DNA of 64,000 nt from Eledone cirrhosa (GCA_964016885.1 OZ024742.1:141856001-141920000); one strand, 5' to 3'; positions 37,623 to 52,379 are shown, counted from the stretch's first letter. A program made the numbers and translations. Notes: generated by a model from the letters alone, not told the origin.

Positions 37623-40600
37623 CAATAATAATAATAATTGTTTTAACTTGTACGGCACAGCTATTGAGAAGAGCATTGTCGCTGTGAAAATGATAATCAT
37701 CTATGTGATTTTTTTACATAACTTTATTTTATTATATTCCATAAATATGTAAGTTATAAATAATCGAGTACTGTTATATGATGGATCATCATTCTGTTGT
37801 AAATATGATTTTAAATAGATAATGTGCTCCTATTTAAAGCAAATGATAAACTCGTAACTTGTAAAGTGCGTGACATCAACTGGCTCATGTGTTTATTTTT
37901 GTGGCTTAATGTACGCAGTGAGTTTCTTTGCCCTATATATCGGGAAGACACTCGGCAAGAAATGGAAACAAAACTGAAGGAATAGGAAAAACAAAAAATA
38001 ATAATAATACTGATAATTAATAGTTTGTACATATAATACAATGAACTTTCAAAACGTGTGGAGGAGGGGAAATTTATATAAAACGAGGATAAGGGCAAAA
38101 TTTCGATGAAACACACCATAATTAATACCAGATATCAAATAAAACATAACACATATTTAGTATTAACCACCGACATACGGGTGGGAACCTGCTAGTTAAG
38201 TCATATCAAACAACCCCATATTTTTCCTCGGCCTCCATGCATTATATATTTTCCGGGATTATTGAAATCCCATATTTTCGGTGGGTTCATCAATAAAAGA
38301 ACTCACATCTTCTGGCAAACTTATTTTTTCGTATACAATTATGTTCTCATTAGGAGTTTAAGTGTATCAGCATGTAGCTCTCAGTAGCATTTTCCCACTT
38401 CCATGAGCATCCACATTTTACGCGAGTTTACCTCTTCCAATTCATACAGTTTATAAAGCAAGACAATATTGCTGGTTCGGACAACTGTATATTTAAAAGG
38501 CAAGGAATGTGTTTATTCCAGCACTTTGTGTTGTGGATTCAAATTCTATCGAGGTTAACGTTTCTTTTCAATCTTCCGACATCGATAAACAAAGAACTAA
38601 TTTACTATTTAAATCCACCCGTAGCCTAATTTGTTGGTAGAGTTAGTCTATTTAAGACTACCACCTGATTCTTGGGTGGCTTTAGAAAAATCCATTTTGT
38701 TTTAAGAATTCAGACCAGGATTCAGATTTGAAAGTACCTTCCTCCTTATCAGTTTCAAAGCCAGTGCTTCTTTTCCTATTAACAGACAATAAAATAATAT
38801 ATGTTTGACACACAATTTAGTAATTTTCTTCAATATTGTCAAATATGTTTGATTTAAAAATATTTTTTGAGAAATAAATAGTACCAAAGATCACATGGCG
38901 GGGTATTGTCATTGTTCGTTGTGGTCTGTTGTTTTAACGTAATTAGCTATTAACTTACAGTATATAGTTTCCAACACCATATTTAATGTAATCGATGGTA
39001 TTATTTAATTAATATTTGATCCAAGAGATTAAATCAGAAAATGTTCAGTTAAAGAGATTATTTGTCACATTTGTCGGCGTTCAGCCAGGTGAGTTGAGCG
39101 GCTCTAGCCAATATGTAGCTGTGGATTATTCATAAACGAAGTCTCATTTAGAATATGGTGATCGTTGGCAGTCCCCAGCCACAAGTATAGATTAAAGATT
39201 CATTTTCTATTAATCCAAATGGAATTTGCTTTTAACCTTAGGGATCGGGATACTTTCTATTAATTTTCATCTACAGAGAACTATGCACACCTAGATGTTT
39301 GTATCTGAAATGTTGATTGGTTCGTCAAAAACAGACACGAGCTTAGTTTAATCCTTTCAATACCAAACTGCGTGAAACCGCCCTTGGTTCTATGATACAA
39401 AACAGTATATTTTAAAATGTCTTTACCAAAAAGCATCTATTGTAATTTTATCCAAGAATATTTGTTGTGTCCCAAACATCAACTTGATAAAGAAAACAAT
39501 TTTATTACTGAATCCCTCCAAATTCATGGCCATCTTCAAAATGACTTGTAAATAATAAACAATGTCTATTATTAGAAATATGATAACAAAAGGTTTAAGC
39601 ATGTTAAAAGAACACCCAAATTACTTTCTCATGCCACTACATTCAAATTAACTTCTTCTGATCACTAATAAAGAGGGAAGCAATCCAATTTATATTTTGT
39701 CATAATCTAATGATTTATAATAACATTCTATATTCCTCTCATTTACCCTCATGGCTGTTTGGTGGGCACCAACTAGTCTCTCTCTTAATGTTAATGTAAT
39801 ATTTGTCATCTTTATCTCGATATTTCATTTTCTTCTTTTCCTCCTACTATTATACAGGAGATGATATGTCAGTAGTTTCTAACACTATTATACAAAAAGA
39901 AAAATAATCGTTTCTACTTTAGGCACAAGGCCAGCAATTACCCAGTGCATTAAAGAAAAATAATAACAACTGATTATTTATTTCTATTGTATATTATGTG
40001 GATATTCTTGATATTTATATATTATTGAAAATAAATTCTAATTGAATTGAATACAGTAAAACATAAAATCAGCATTTTACCGAACCATAGCCTCTCGACT
40101 GACCTAGCATTAATAATTGCTTTAAATGCATTAATGGATTTGAATGCTTAAAGTGTTCTGAATTCATGTTAACAGAAACATTACTAGTTTCTGCGAGCAG
40201 GATATTTCCTTCACAATATCCTTCACAATACGAAATTCATGTTAAATAAGTAAATGAAACAATAGAGAAAATGGTGGGGAATATAGATTGTAGCATGAGG
40301 AGCGAGGAGAAAGGGAAAGAGAATTTCTGAAAATTAAAGAAACAGTGGGAAGGAGATCGATTATAAGGAGATGGACGAAAGATAGAGAGAAGAAAAGAAT
40401 AAGAAAGATAGCATTATTGATTATTTAATGATCTAATGTACTTTCCAACCTCTTGGTTCACTGAATATTGTATTTGACATGTTTGGGAAGCAAACACCGT
40501 GCATTGTTGCTTAGAAGGTTAATGGTTCGATTCATCATATGTTCTGCTTGTTGCAAATCTGATTGTCTTGTTTGACAGCTATTGGAGGAGGGGTAGTATG

Positions 40601-40860
40601 TGAGGCATTGATTGTTGTGACAAATTTACAGAGTTTGGAGCCCATTACTATTGCCAATTTAGCGTAGAGAGCTACCGTTACGTGAAAATATCATGGCATT
40701 AGTGATACAATTTTGGAAGCGGATGTCTCTGGACAGGTAACAGATTAGGAATGATTAAATGAAGATAAAACACTTTGTAAAGTCATTAACTTAAAAATAG
40801 AAGCAAATCGCTGATTGCGTGTGGGATGTATTTCGAATGGGTGACACATTTGTCTTTCTA

Positions 40861-41039
40861 AATTTTTGGCACAAAGCCTATAAATGACTTCTATAGCATT
40901 TATTCTACAGGACCCAACGTGTAGATGTGAAGAAATATCTTTAAGCAAAACATATTTCTGAAATGTTTATCCTGTGTTAGCCATAGGGTCTGTAGAATAA
41001 ATGCTAGAGAAGCCATTAATAGGCTTTAAGCCAAAGATT
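40861..41039. repeat. Small inverted repeat (arms ~40861-40914 / 40986-41039), MITE-like
   Basis: AGCATTTATTCTACAG..CCC versus GGGTCTGTAGAATAAATGCT. Confidence 0.6.
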
Positions 41040-41127
41040 CTGAAATGGCTTTACTATAAAGCAATGTATATGTTGGCAGTTACAGAATTTAACAGGTTTA
41101 CATCATTTACATTGTTTCTTTGTGAAT

Positions 41128-41216
41128 GCACGCGGTATAATGGTTAGGGTGTTGGACATACGATCGTAAGATTGTTGGTTTGATTCTCAGACCGAGTGAG
41201 GCGTTATGTTCTAAAG
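41128..41216 (+). mobile_element. 5' half of a second tRNA-SINE family, interrupted by the hAT element (continues at 48044-~48170)
   Basis: GGTATAATGGTTAG A-box and GGTTTGATTC B-box. The sequence rejoins as GCGTTATGTTCTAAAG|CAAGGCAC across the TSD. Confidence 0.65.
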
Positions 41217-41564
41217 AAAAGGTTCTCAACGGGGGGCGTTTCGGAGCTCCAGAGGGGCGTTTGGGAGCAAGGGGTCATTTGAAGCTTTAGGGGCGCTGGA
41301 AGCCCCTTTAGTGTTTTAGTTTGGTAAGTTTTATAAGTCATATTTGTACGTCTCTTAGACAGCCAGTGTGAATGCATTTGAATGAAGAAAACGAAGAAAA
41401 TAAATAAAAGCTTGTCAACTAATTCCCTAGGGAGATTAAAAAAAAACGAAAGAAATCAAAGAAAATGAACTCAAGGATGTCCACTTTGACAACAGTTACA
41501 AGAACAACTTCAACAGAAATGACAACAAAAAGAAGCAATGGTGATGCATACATACATACATACA

Positions 41565-41598
<34 letters not shown>

Positions 41599-41825
41599 CA
41601 CACACAGGCCTGCGCTAGTGTTTGATGAGGTTGAGAACCTGGTCAGCTTTCAGCCAGAGCTGTGGTATTTAATCTCCCTAGGTAATAAAATCTGGATACA
41701 GAATTTTCTCCTTACCAAAAAAACAAAAACATAAATATAAATGCATGTATATATACAAATGTATAAATGCATAGCTATATACATACGTAAATGTCTGTCT
41801 GTATATATATATATATATATATATA

Positions 41826-44600
41826 TAGTAGTAATAATAAATTTGAAGACTAAAATCCAAAGAGGGCTCGATAAGGATAAATATATATCAAATATATAAG
41901 AACCGTAGAGCAAATATTTATTAAAATAACAGATTAAAGTTTAAGCAAAGAATCACTGCTTTCACCCTTAACGGATCTTCTGAAACTAACAAAGTCAATC
42001 TTTAAACGCAGAACTGGATATTTCAAAAAAAGTTGCAACCGGGGGAAGACAGGAAGACGATACTTTGGTTCGTGGAAACGTTCCCTGGCAAAGAACGGGA
42101 AAAAACGAATAATACGTCATTAATAGGAGCGGTGAAAAACAATTACGCGCAAAGACAGAACCACGTTTATGGTATAAAAGAGGTCGTAGACTAATGTTCT
42201 CTTAGGTGGTGCATAGAGACGTTCTCTGGCAATGAACGAAAAAACGAAGATAATACGTCATATGTGGAGCGTGGAGAAAATAGCACGCAAAGACAAAACC
42301 ACGTAAATGGTATAGCAGAAGTCGTAGATTAAAATTCTAACTAGGAGACCAAATGAATCTCCGCTACAGAGTTAAGAACAAAGTAAATAAATACAATACA
42401 GAAGTAATAGAAATAAATAAATACATACACGCAAACAAATACGTACATACACAAGCATACGCAAAACCTTACCATAGGTATACAAAACCACGCACATATA
42501 AATATGTGTGTGTGTGTATGCGTGTATACAAATAAATAAATAATTATATAAACGTATATAAATAAATAAATACGTATATAACAAGCGCACACACATACCT
42601 ACATATAAATACACGAATGTTCGGAGACGTAAGTCAACTAAAACAAGAAGTACACATATACACACACCCACCATACGTACGAACCTGCATACTCACACAG
42701 ACGCAAAAACTCCCGTATACACATAGGCAAACCCTATGTACCAGAATATATAAAATTATACGCCATAACAATCAAATATACGTACGAGAAGGTATACGTA
42801 CCGTCACAAAACATACGGGTAGTATATACTTACCTATGCAAATAAGTAAAGGAATAAACAAAACATATACTTAGCTCCCACATCAAGACGTAAAATATCC
42901 ACGTATAGATCGTACTATCCGTTAGGGTATAACGTGGGGCTGTAATACAGGAAAGTTTTGTGCAATTTATGTTTACAAGCCGAAATTGCCTCAGATTTTT
43001 TGTTTAAGATGTGGTCTGTGGCGTAGAGTATTTCCAGGGCCTCAGCGGCGCAGAGGTCTAGTGGTCTTTTATTTCCGTTATACGATCTAGCCCTAGCTAG
43101 GATCTCCCAGTGTAACTTATATTGGGTGTGGTTGTCTTTTAGACTCCAGATATAAGCTGAAAGTGACGTCATATTCCTTCTTAGAGGGTAACGAAAAGAA
43201 TGGGTATGCATGTAAAGACGCTGCTTGAAACTATTGGCGGTTAACCCTATGTAGGCCCTACGGGACGTGGGTGTTAAACCTTACTTTTGTAGACAATGTT
43301 ACTAGAGAGGCATTTCCCGGATAGGGGGCAATCAGCCCGATTCCTACAATTACAGTTAGTACTAACTACAGGGTTGCACGTGTTCCTACGGCTAGGTAGT
43401 TTAGCTAAATTTGAAGCTGTGATGTTATGTGCAAGGTTAGGAGTCGTAGAGTAAGAAATTTTAATAGTATTTCTATTAAAAATTTTACTATATTTATGTG
43501 TAGGGGGAAAATGCTTCGTAATAAGGGAAAGAAAGATCTTAGCTAATGGTGTGGCCACCTCCATATTATATGGTGGGTTATACCAACAAATGCGACGGGA
43601 TCTATTTCTTCTAGGTCTATTTTCGTACTCTGTATATGCTACCTTATCGACAAATCCACTTCGAGCAAGTTATTTGCATAGGTAAGTATATACTACCCGT
43701 ATGTTTTGTGAAGGTACGTATACCTTCTCGTACGTATATTTGATTGTTATGGCGTATAATTTTATATATTCTGGTACATAGGGTTTGGCTATGTGTATAC
43801 GGGAGTTTTTGCGTCTGTGTGAGTATGCAGGTTCGTACGTATGGTGGGTGTGTGTATATGTGTACTTCTTGTTTTAGTTGACTTACGTCTCCGAACATTC
43901 GTGTATTTATATGTAGGTATGTGTGTGCGCTTGTTATATACGTATTTATTTATTTATATACGTTTATATAATTATTTATTTATTTGTATACACGCATACA
44001 CACACACACATATTTATATTGCGTGGTTTTGTATACCTATGGTAAGGTTTTGCGTATGCTTGTGTATATACATATTTGTTTGCGTGTATGTATTTATTTA
44101 TTTCTACTATTTCTTTATTGTATTTATTTACTTTGTTCTTAACTCTGTAGCGGAGATTCACTTGGTCTCTTAGTTAGAATTTTAATCTACGACTTCTGCT
44201 ATACCATTTACGTGGTTTTGTCTTTGCGTGCTATTGTTCTCCACGCTCCACATATGACGTATTATCTTCGTTTTTTCGTTCATTGCCAGAGAACGTCTCT
44301 ATGCACCACCCAAGAGAACATTAGTCTACGACCTCTTTTATACCATAAACGTGGTTCTGTCTTTGCGCGTAATTGTTTTTCATCGCTCCTATTAATGACG
44401 TATTATTCGTTTTTTCCCGTTCTTCGCCAGCGAACGTTTCCACGAACCAAAGTATCGTCTTCCTGTCTTCCTCCGGTTGCAACGTTTTTTTGAAATATCT
44501 AGTTCTGCGTTTACAGATTGACTTTGTTAGTTTCAGAAGATCCCGTTAAGGGTGAAGGCAGCGATTTTTTGCTTAAACTTTAATCTGTTATTTTAATAAA
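41826..44600 (-). mobile_element. PLE family A: 5'-truncated copy (GIY-YIG remnant, 3' UTR, tail) with a ~930-bp inverted tail-less arm
   Basis: Arms ~41915-42845 / 43670-44600 are reverse complements. The loop encodes WYNPP, CNCRNRADCPLSGKC..IVY, YIG.T and LDLCAAE on the minus strand (ORFs 43274-43564, 42915-43211). Confidence 0.9.
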
Positions 44601-44609
44601 TATATATAT

Positions 44610-44948
44610 AAAGAAAAAAAGATGAAATCGAAAATGCAACTGGAGTCTTATTTTAAAAAATATATATATATTTATTTGGTTCCTTTACCGGTTTCGCAGT
44701 TCTTCTGCTTTTCAAAAGTAGAGTTGAGATGGCGGGTCTGTGGTTTTTCACGGACCCTCCATCTCAACACTACTTTTGAAAAGCAGAAGAACTGCGAAAC
44801 CGGTAAAGGAACCAAATAAATATATATATATTTTTTAAAATAAGACTCCAGTTGCATTTTTGATTTCATCTTTTTTTTCTTTATACTTTCACTCGTGTAG
44901 GACACCTCGGTTATTTTTCATTTTGTAAAAAAAACCTCACTTTCTAAT

Positions 44949-44950
<2 letters not shown>
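44610..44950 (+). mobile_element. Palindromic PLE terminus (arms 44610-44742 / 44749-44885) with U3-A8 variant hammerhead on both strands
   Basis: CTT-TTGAAAA-GCAG-AAGAA-CTGC-GAAA-CCGGT-A-AAG at 44773-44808 and its mirror at ~44682-44716. Confidence 0.75.
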
Positions 44951-44979
<29 letters not shown>

Positions 44980-45420
44980 CTCCTGTAGAGTCAAAAGTGA
45001 ATGCCCATTACAAGGTAAATGCAACACCAAAGCCATTGTATATGCGGCTAAAGTGACAACCACCAGCAACAACCTACCAGCCACCAGTGAACGATATGTA
45101 GGTATGACACAAGACAAATTCAAAACGCGTTATTACTCACATGTCGCATCTTTCCGACATCCTGAAAAAAGATTTACAACAGCTCTGGCTAGCAGAATAT
45201 GGGATTTGAAAGACCAAGGTATCTAATATAAATTAGATTGATCAATTTTGAACCAATCTAAAGAATATGCAAGAGGTACAAGAAGATGCGCACTCTGCAT
45301 AAGTGAAAAATATTGGATTTTACAGAACGTTAAATCACCAAAAACCTGCCTAAATGTAAAAAACAGAAATTTTCACCAGTTGCCCACACATGAAATCACA
45401 CTTGCTTTTCAGCTCATATA
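44980..45420 (+). pseudogene. Naiad-type GIY-YIG endonuclease remnant (not in ORF track)
   Basis: Manual translation: SCRVKSECPLQGKCNTKAIVYAAKV...RYVGMTQDKFKTRYYSHVASF...TALASRIWDLK..*..RRCALCISEK, with two stops and a frameshift. The element continues as 3' UTR to ~46857. Confidence 0.85.
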
Positions 45421-46678
45421 AACTTAACTCACTTTCCGATATTTATCCCCCATAAACTCTTGTTCTTCACTTTCCTTAAATTACCCTCATTACAGACTTC
45501 TCTTTCTGATTTACTTTTATTTTTATTTTTAACCTTATTTTTACTTCACATCCACCAGTGACCCCCGCCCTGCTTTTTGATTCACTTGCTTTATATCTTC
45601 ACAATTTTACATATTTTACTTCCCCCTTTTCTTTCACTACCTGATATCACTTGTCACTTGCGTTTTCATCTCCAGATATATTCTGTTGTCCCTCAGCCGC
45701 TTTTATGTATGTTTACTTGCGTATAATTTGTACTCATTTATTCATACGGCTGGTTTTTATATTGTATGTATGCGTGTGGGTGTGCATGTGTGTGTATACG
45801 TGTTTGTATATGTATACGAATGCATTAGTATGTGCGCGTGTATGTGTATATGTGTGTGTGTATGTGTGTTTTTATATCTATATGTTTTACATACTTATAT
45901 ATATGTGTGCGTGTGTATATATATATATATATATGTATGTATATGTGTATATATGTGTATATATATATATATATGGTCGCGTGTGTGCGTGTGATTAGAT
46001 GTACAAGTATGTATATATATGTGCTTCGTGTGTATGTATGCGCGCTTTTGTATGTATGTACGCATGTATGTGCTTTTGTCCGTACGTATTTATATATATA
46101 TATTTATATATATATGTTTGCGTGTACGAACCTATGTATGTCTTCTATTTTTTCTAGTGTTACTTTATAATTGATAACCCCTCCCTCTTACTTTCTCTTT
46201 GATTTAATTTTTTTATTCTCATATATTTTTTTCATTTTTTCCTTTTCATATTTTATATTTTTTATATATGCATCGACCTTCAGCCTGACACTGCTTTGAC
46301 TATATATATCACTTGCATGTATGTGGTTGCGCGCGTGTGTGTGGTTATACGCGTGCTTTCATACTTGTATGTGTATATATTTTAATCCTTAGTCCCCGAG
46401 TCTGTATGTACGTTAACTCTATTATCTTACAATTTCTTTTTTCAACATATATTATATACGTATTTGTGGTCACACATACACTGATATGCTTGCTCTCATG
46501 TATGTACTTACGCACACATTTTTTCACTATACACATGCATCTGTACATACACGCATTTGTACATTTGTAGGTGCATATACACACATTTATACACATACCC
46601 TTACTATATATCCTTATTTTTATATATCTCTTGCATTACTTTCTTGAGGAGATTTTTCAAATATTTCACTATGTTTTA

Positions 46679-46756
46679 AATTACCTTGTCTGACGAACGA
46701 ATGAGGACGTTTCTTGTATTCGTCTTATTCGGGAAACCTCTGGTAATGAGGTAATT
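46679..46756 (+). ncRNA. Type I hammerhead ribozyme motif at the 3' end of the Naiad-type element
   Basis: AATTACCTTGT-CTGACGA-A-CGAATGAGGACG..CGTCTTATTCG-G-GAAA-CC-TCT-GGT-A-ATGAGGTAATT. 11-bp stem I and GUA cleavage triplet. Confidence 0.8.
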
Positions 46757-47125
46757 ATATTGTATTGTTTATTATACATTAAATTTAGCTCTGTAACTTA
46801 CATAGAGCACTCTTCACTCCTATGACTTTTTCAATTTTCAACGGAAACTTCAATACTTATATATATATATATATATATATATAAATCTACACACACACAT
46901 ATATATATGTATATATATAAATCTACATACATACTTACATTTACGTATGTATATAGCTATGCATTTATACATTTGTATATATACATGCATTTATATTTAA
47001 GTGTGCAAGAATATATATATATATATATTATATGTGTGTATTTTATACATATATATATAATATACACACACACATATATATTTTCTTTTATCAGTCTGGT
47101 CTACAATGTTTGAGCCCCCTGTTGG

Positions 47126-47156
<31 letters not shown>

Positions 47157-47188
47157 CGTTTACCAAACACACACACATACATTTTGTT

Positions 47189-47262
<74 letters not shown>

Positions 47263-47363
47263 GTTGTTATTTGGTGTTGTTGAAAAGAGCAGTGGCCTTT
47301 GACCTGGCAATAAAAACTGGAGACAAAATTCTTTCTGTACCAAAACCAAGGCACACACACACA

Positions 47364-47492
<129 letters not shown>

Positions 47493-49439
47493 GCGTTATG
47501 TCTGTGTGTGTATATATCTATGTATATATATAAGGGATACAGATATTGCTTTTTCAGTCACCAAGCTTCTCAATTCTTTCCTTGCTACTATTTTATTTTG
47601 CTACGAGGTATATTATTTTGCAAGGTACTATTTTCCCCCTGAGTTTGTGATTCAGAGAAAGGTAAGAAATTCTTCATATTTTGCATCTTTTGTATTTTGA
47701 CTTTACAGTTTCAATTGTCTATCCACTCAAAATATTACAACAGCTAACAGTGAAATATAGAATTTAAAAAAAAATAGCTTTTTCGACTGAGAACAAATCT
47801 TTTTTTTTTTTATTTCAAAAATATATAATTTGAAATAGCTTGCTTTTGTTTTGGACTGAAACTTTTTTGTATTTAATTCGTACGAGTATTTTTTAAAAAT
47901 TCTAAGATAACTTGATTTGGCCCAGTAATCTACTGATATCAAAATCAGTAGTATATTGAAAAATGGAAAAATAGGGTAGGGGGCGTTTCGTGATTTCGGG
48001 GGGCAAAAGGGGGTGTTTGGCCGAAATGGGTTGAGAACCTTTTTTCTAAAGCAAGGCACAGCATTTCATGGTGATTCAGTTCACTTGGCTGAAAATCCGT
48101 ACCAGAAGCAGCTGGAGTGTAATGCTATGACTGCCTGGCGTTCCGTCCCAAGCCATTTAACGTCTCGTAAAATCAGGGCTTTGTTAAGACTATGCAATTA
48201 TGGCAATTGAACGTTAAAGAATAACTCAAACGCATATTTTTCCTTGGAAGGATTGTTTAATTCACCATGGAAGAATTGTCTGACTCTGACTGCCTTGTCC
48301 TCTCTTGCCAGAAATCAAGCATGTGTTAGTGATATATTAGTATTCTATTTACTGCAAGATTTTATGCGTATAGTTTAACTTTATCACGACTAGATGTAAA
48401 TATTAATCGCACAAATCTATTTGTAGATGAATGAAAATCTTCCCTCAAGTCTCAGTAACAAAATGGAAAGATACTTCTTAGATATTTAATATATATTAAG
48501 AAATTATCTTGACAAAATCGATTTATTTATGGAGAAAACATTGATATACCTCAGGCTATTTTTTTTTCGCTAAAAAGAATTTGTTCCGCTTTTCACTGGG
48601 GAAAAATACTCCCGTTGTCTAGATACGTGTAAGTCAATTGGAATTTAGTTGAATGTTAGTTCAGTTTCATTACGATTGAAAAGTCTAACGTTCTGGGCTT
48701 TTGCAATTTAACAGAGAGCGGGGCAAGATGAATGTATTGTTGACCTGGATCTAGGCAGTGCAATGAAGTGGGACTGCCTACAAGCAGACCAAAAAAATAT
48801 TCGACTTTCTCAACTTTCTGTCTAAAGGCAACAGCCTGAAACACCAAACCTTTTACTCTTCACAACAATCAAACAACAATATTCTATAAACTTTCATTTA
48901 GATAAATTATTGCCGACACAAACCCTCACTAGTTTCCTCATATTCCGTACTTAATTCTATTAAAATTTCGTATACAGTGATTTCTCTATACTGAACTTCG
49001 ATACACTGTAATATTACGCTACGATACACGGCGGCAACGTTACACTTTGATACACTGTTGATTATCATATGTATATGTTAAACAGATTGAGCGAGTGAAT
49101 GTGTGGCTGTGGTACTCCTTTCAGAAAATTTAATTGCTGGCTGTCTAGAATAATAATGATAATATAGCAATTATGTCAATATGGAAAATTACAGCCAATT
49201 AAGGGGACATATTGTATTTTATTGGAGGGAAAGAACCTGTAATAAGGAACGCAGTTCAACTCCTGGAGAAGCAGAGGAAGTCTCAAACATTAAAGCCGCC
49301 ACTGAGTGAGATGATAGAATTCTCACCACAATACCATTTGTTCAGTAGTCATTTTGATTCAGTTAGGTCTTTACTTATTTATTTCCTTCTTGACAGTACC
49401 AGTAAGCCTGTGATATATATATATATATATATATATATA

Positions 49440-49520
<81 letters not shown>

Positions 49521-50778
49521 ATGTGTGTGTGTGTGTACAATTTATACATACATACATGTAGACACATATGTTTAATGTTTCTCTTTTTTTTCTTTTTTTA
49601 GAGTAAATGTAATCTTGTTGAAATAGCTACACATTATTGGAGATTGATAGTAATAATTTACTAACGTAACAAAACCCATTTGCTGCTGCTAAATGACAAT
49701 AACACAATTTCCTGAGCTTAAAAAATGCTATTACGAAAAAATCGAATGAAAATGTAAAAGCATTTATAAAAAGCTAGCCAGGTATGTCATATATGAGTTG
49801 ACAGACAAGTAAACCCAAACGGACACTGTTCAAAAGTATATAAAAATAGTACTAATGGTTTCTATTATAAACACTGCCTGGAATTTTGAATGAGGGGAAC
49901 AGCCGATTTCATCGACCTTAGTACATGACTGGTACTTTATTTTATCAACCTGGGTAAGATGACAGGTTTAAACTCGGAATGAAAAAACGGATCAAATACT
50001 GCAAATAATTTGTCCGACGCTCTAACTGTTCTGCCAATCCCCCACCCTTACAAAGATAGTTGTAATGATAGAAGAAGTATTGATGTTGCTGAATCTGATG
50101 TGATAATGTTTTTTACTGAGTATGAAGAATCGAATATAGATAAAAAAGCAGAATGGAAGAATGGAATACAATCAACCTCTGTCTGTTTTGACGGCGATTG
50201 TTACCTTTGTTTGATCAAGGCTTTCAATTGTCGTGAAATTGATATCCACAAAGATGTGCACCCTTAACATAATTCTTGGGGAGCTGTGGCTATGGTAAAT
50301 GAAACTTGCCTAAGGTGCTGCACAGTGGGATCGAACACATAACCTTAACTCCTTAATCATTCAGCCATGCTGCAACCACAAGGGGGTGGGGGGTAATTGG
50401 GTGGAAATACAACTAGAAGATAATCCTATATCTAAATATTGAAAGATATGGTGTTAACCTGCAAAATATATTTATTGCTATTTTTGTTTAGGTGTGTGTG
50501 TGTGTGTGAGGAGGGGGGGGGGGGGGGGGGGGGGTGAAAGACAAAGTTGATCGGGGTGGTATTTGATCTTAGAACGCAGAATCGGAAAAATTAGCGCAGA
50601 ACGGTCATGTTATTCTACGCTGTAACAACATTGTCAATTCTGATGGAAGACACTAGTCAATAACCTAGGGAGAGATAAATTAACAACTAGAGACTCTGCA
50701 TGAAAACTAAATACATCATCAGTCACCAAACAGTGCATTGACAGTTGACATGTAATTACTTAAATATAGATAAATAAT

Positions 50779-50963
50779 AGTTTCTACTTTTGGCACAAGG
50801 CCAGCGATTACCTCAGTGCACCACTGGTACTTTATTTTATCGACCTCGTAAGGATGAAAGGCAAAGTTAACCTCGGCGGATTGAACTCAGAACGCAAAGG
50901 GCCATAACTATGCTTGCAAAACATGGTGTCTGACGCTCTACCGATACTGCCAAACCACTGCCC
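50779..50963 (-). mobile_element. tRNA-derived SINE (a degenerate copy also at ~49858-50048)
   Basis: SINE consensus. AAATATAGATAAATAAT / AAACATAGATAAATAAT on either side looks like a target-site duplication. Confidence 0.85.
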
Positions 50964-52379
50964 TTAAACATAGATAAATAATGAAGATTACTATATTTCT
51001 TTGAAACAGCGTGCTTGTGAAAGCATATATACAAAAGAAAGAAATCAATTCTCAGACTGGATTAAATAATTTGCTTCCACTACTAGTACTAACTGCCGGT
51101 CCAACTCCTGGCAGAAGCATCATCGTGTTTTCAGATGAATGGTGACGGCTTTTAAATTCAGAGTGCATAGAGCTGGAACAGATCTCAAATATGCTTCCGA
51201 CGTCTTAGTAATTCCGCCAATCCCCACCACTACTTTATGTATCAACCCCAAAAGGATTAAATATAAATTTGATCTCGGATTGGGTAATCAGAAAGCCAGA
51301 TAAAATACTACTCTGCCTATTTACTAACTTATTCTCTGATCCCTATGATACTCTGTGACTTTGTGTTCCCTTGAAAAATATTGATAGTGTTTCACCTCTA
51401 CCTTCCAGACATTGGATGGTGATATTTCTAAGCAAATGTTTCTTACAAATTTTATGACAAGATCTGCATTGAATTTGATATATTGGTATATTTTGTCGCT
51501 CATATCATTTCATTGCGTAGTTTTTCTTGTCTTTTATTCTCTTGAAAATAAGTTGAGTGAAGCAGCTTTATTTTGAATACCTAATATGAAAAAGCAGCAT
51601 CGTGTTCATACAGTTGTTTTATCGCAATACCCGACAAATTGAGATCAAAGGTACTGAATAACTACATTTGAAGCAAATAATCCTTCTTAAAAAACATCGG
51701 AAATATTTGAACTTTGAAATGTGTGCGTCCCAACGCAAATCTTCATAATAATAGTCGAGAAGATCGTAATAGTCGAGAAAATCGGGTAAGGTATCCCTGG
51801 AAACGGATACATCTATCCATCAGATATGTACACAATTAATTTTACTCACTTTTCATCATAAAGTGTCTGTGTAACTGATATTTCAGTTTAAAATTGCCAT
51901 ATTCGTAGCAAGAAAATGATTACGGAACTTCGGCAATTCAGATGTAATACGAACTCAGCCTTCACTAACTCGTGTAGCTATTTTATTTTGTTCACGTGGC
52001 AGTTTTCATGACATAAAACCTTTAACAGACAGCCATCTACATAACCTGCTTACGTATTTTGTACTCACAAAAGTTTTCAAACGAAGTACAATAATTTCAC
52101 TGAAATTCTAACAAAAGAGTGAAATCCATAAAACAATTGAATATCTGACGTTTGGAGTGAGATTTTTTTCTTTTATGACGCAATATTAGCTATGTATAAA
52201 GTTTATTTTGGAGATTAGAATATATTCTGACACAAATCTGCGCACTATGGCTTTCTTAATTCACTTAACTTGTATTAGCAGTTCTTCTGGAATATGCTCC
52301 AAATATACATTTTGAACGATATATATCCATGTGTGTGTTTATAAGTGTTTTTTCTCTTATCATATATATATATGTGTTC

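Noticed and set aside
40632-40736. AG...GT bounded candidate exon
   Set aside because: Stops in all three frames and a weak polypyrimidine tract
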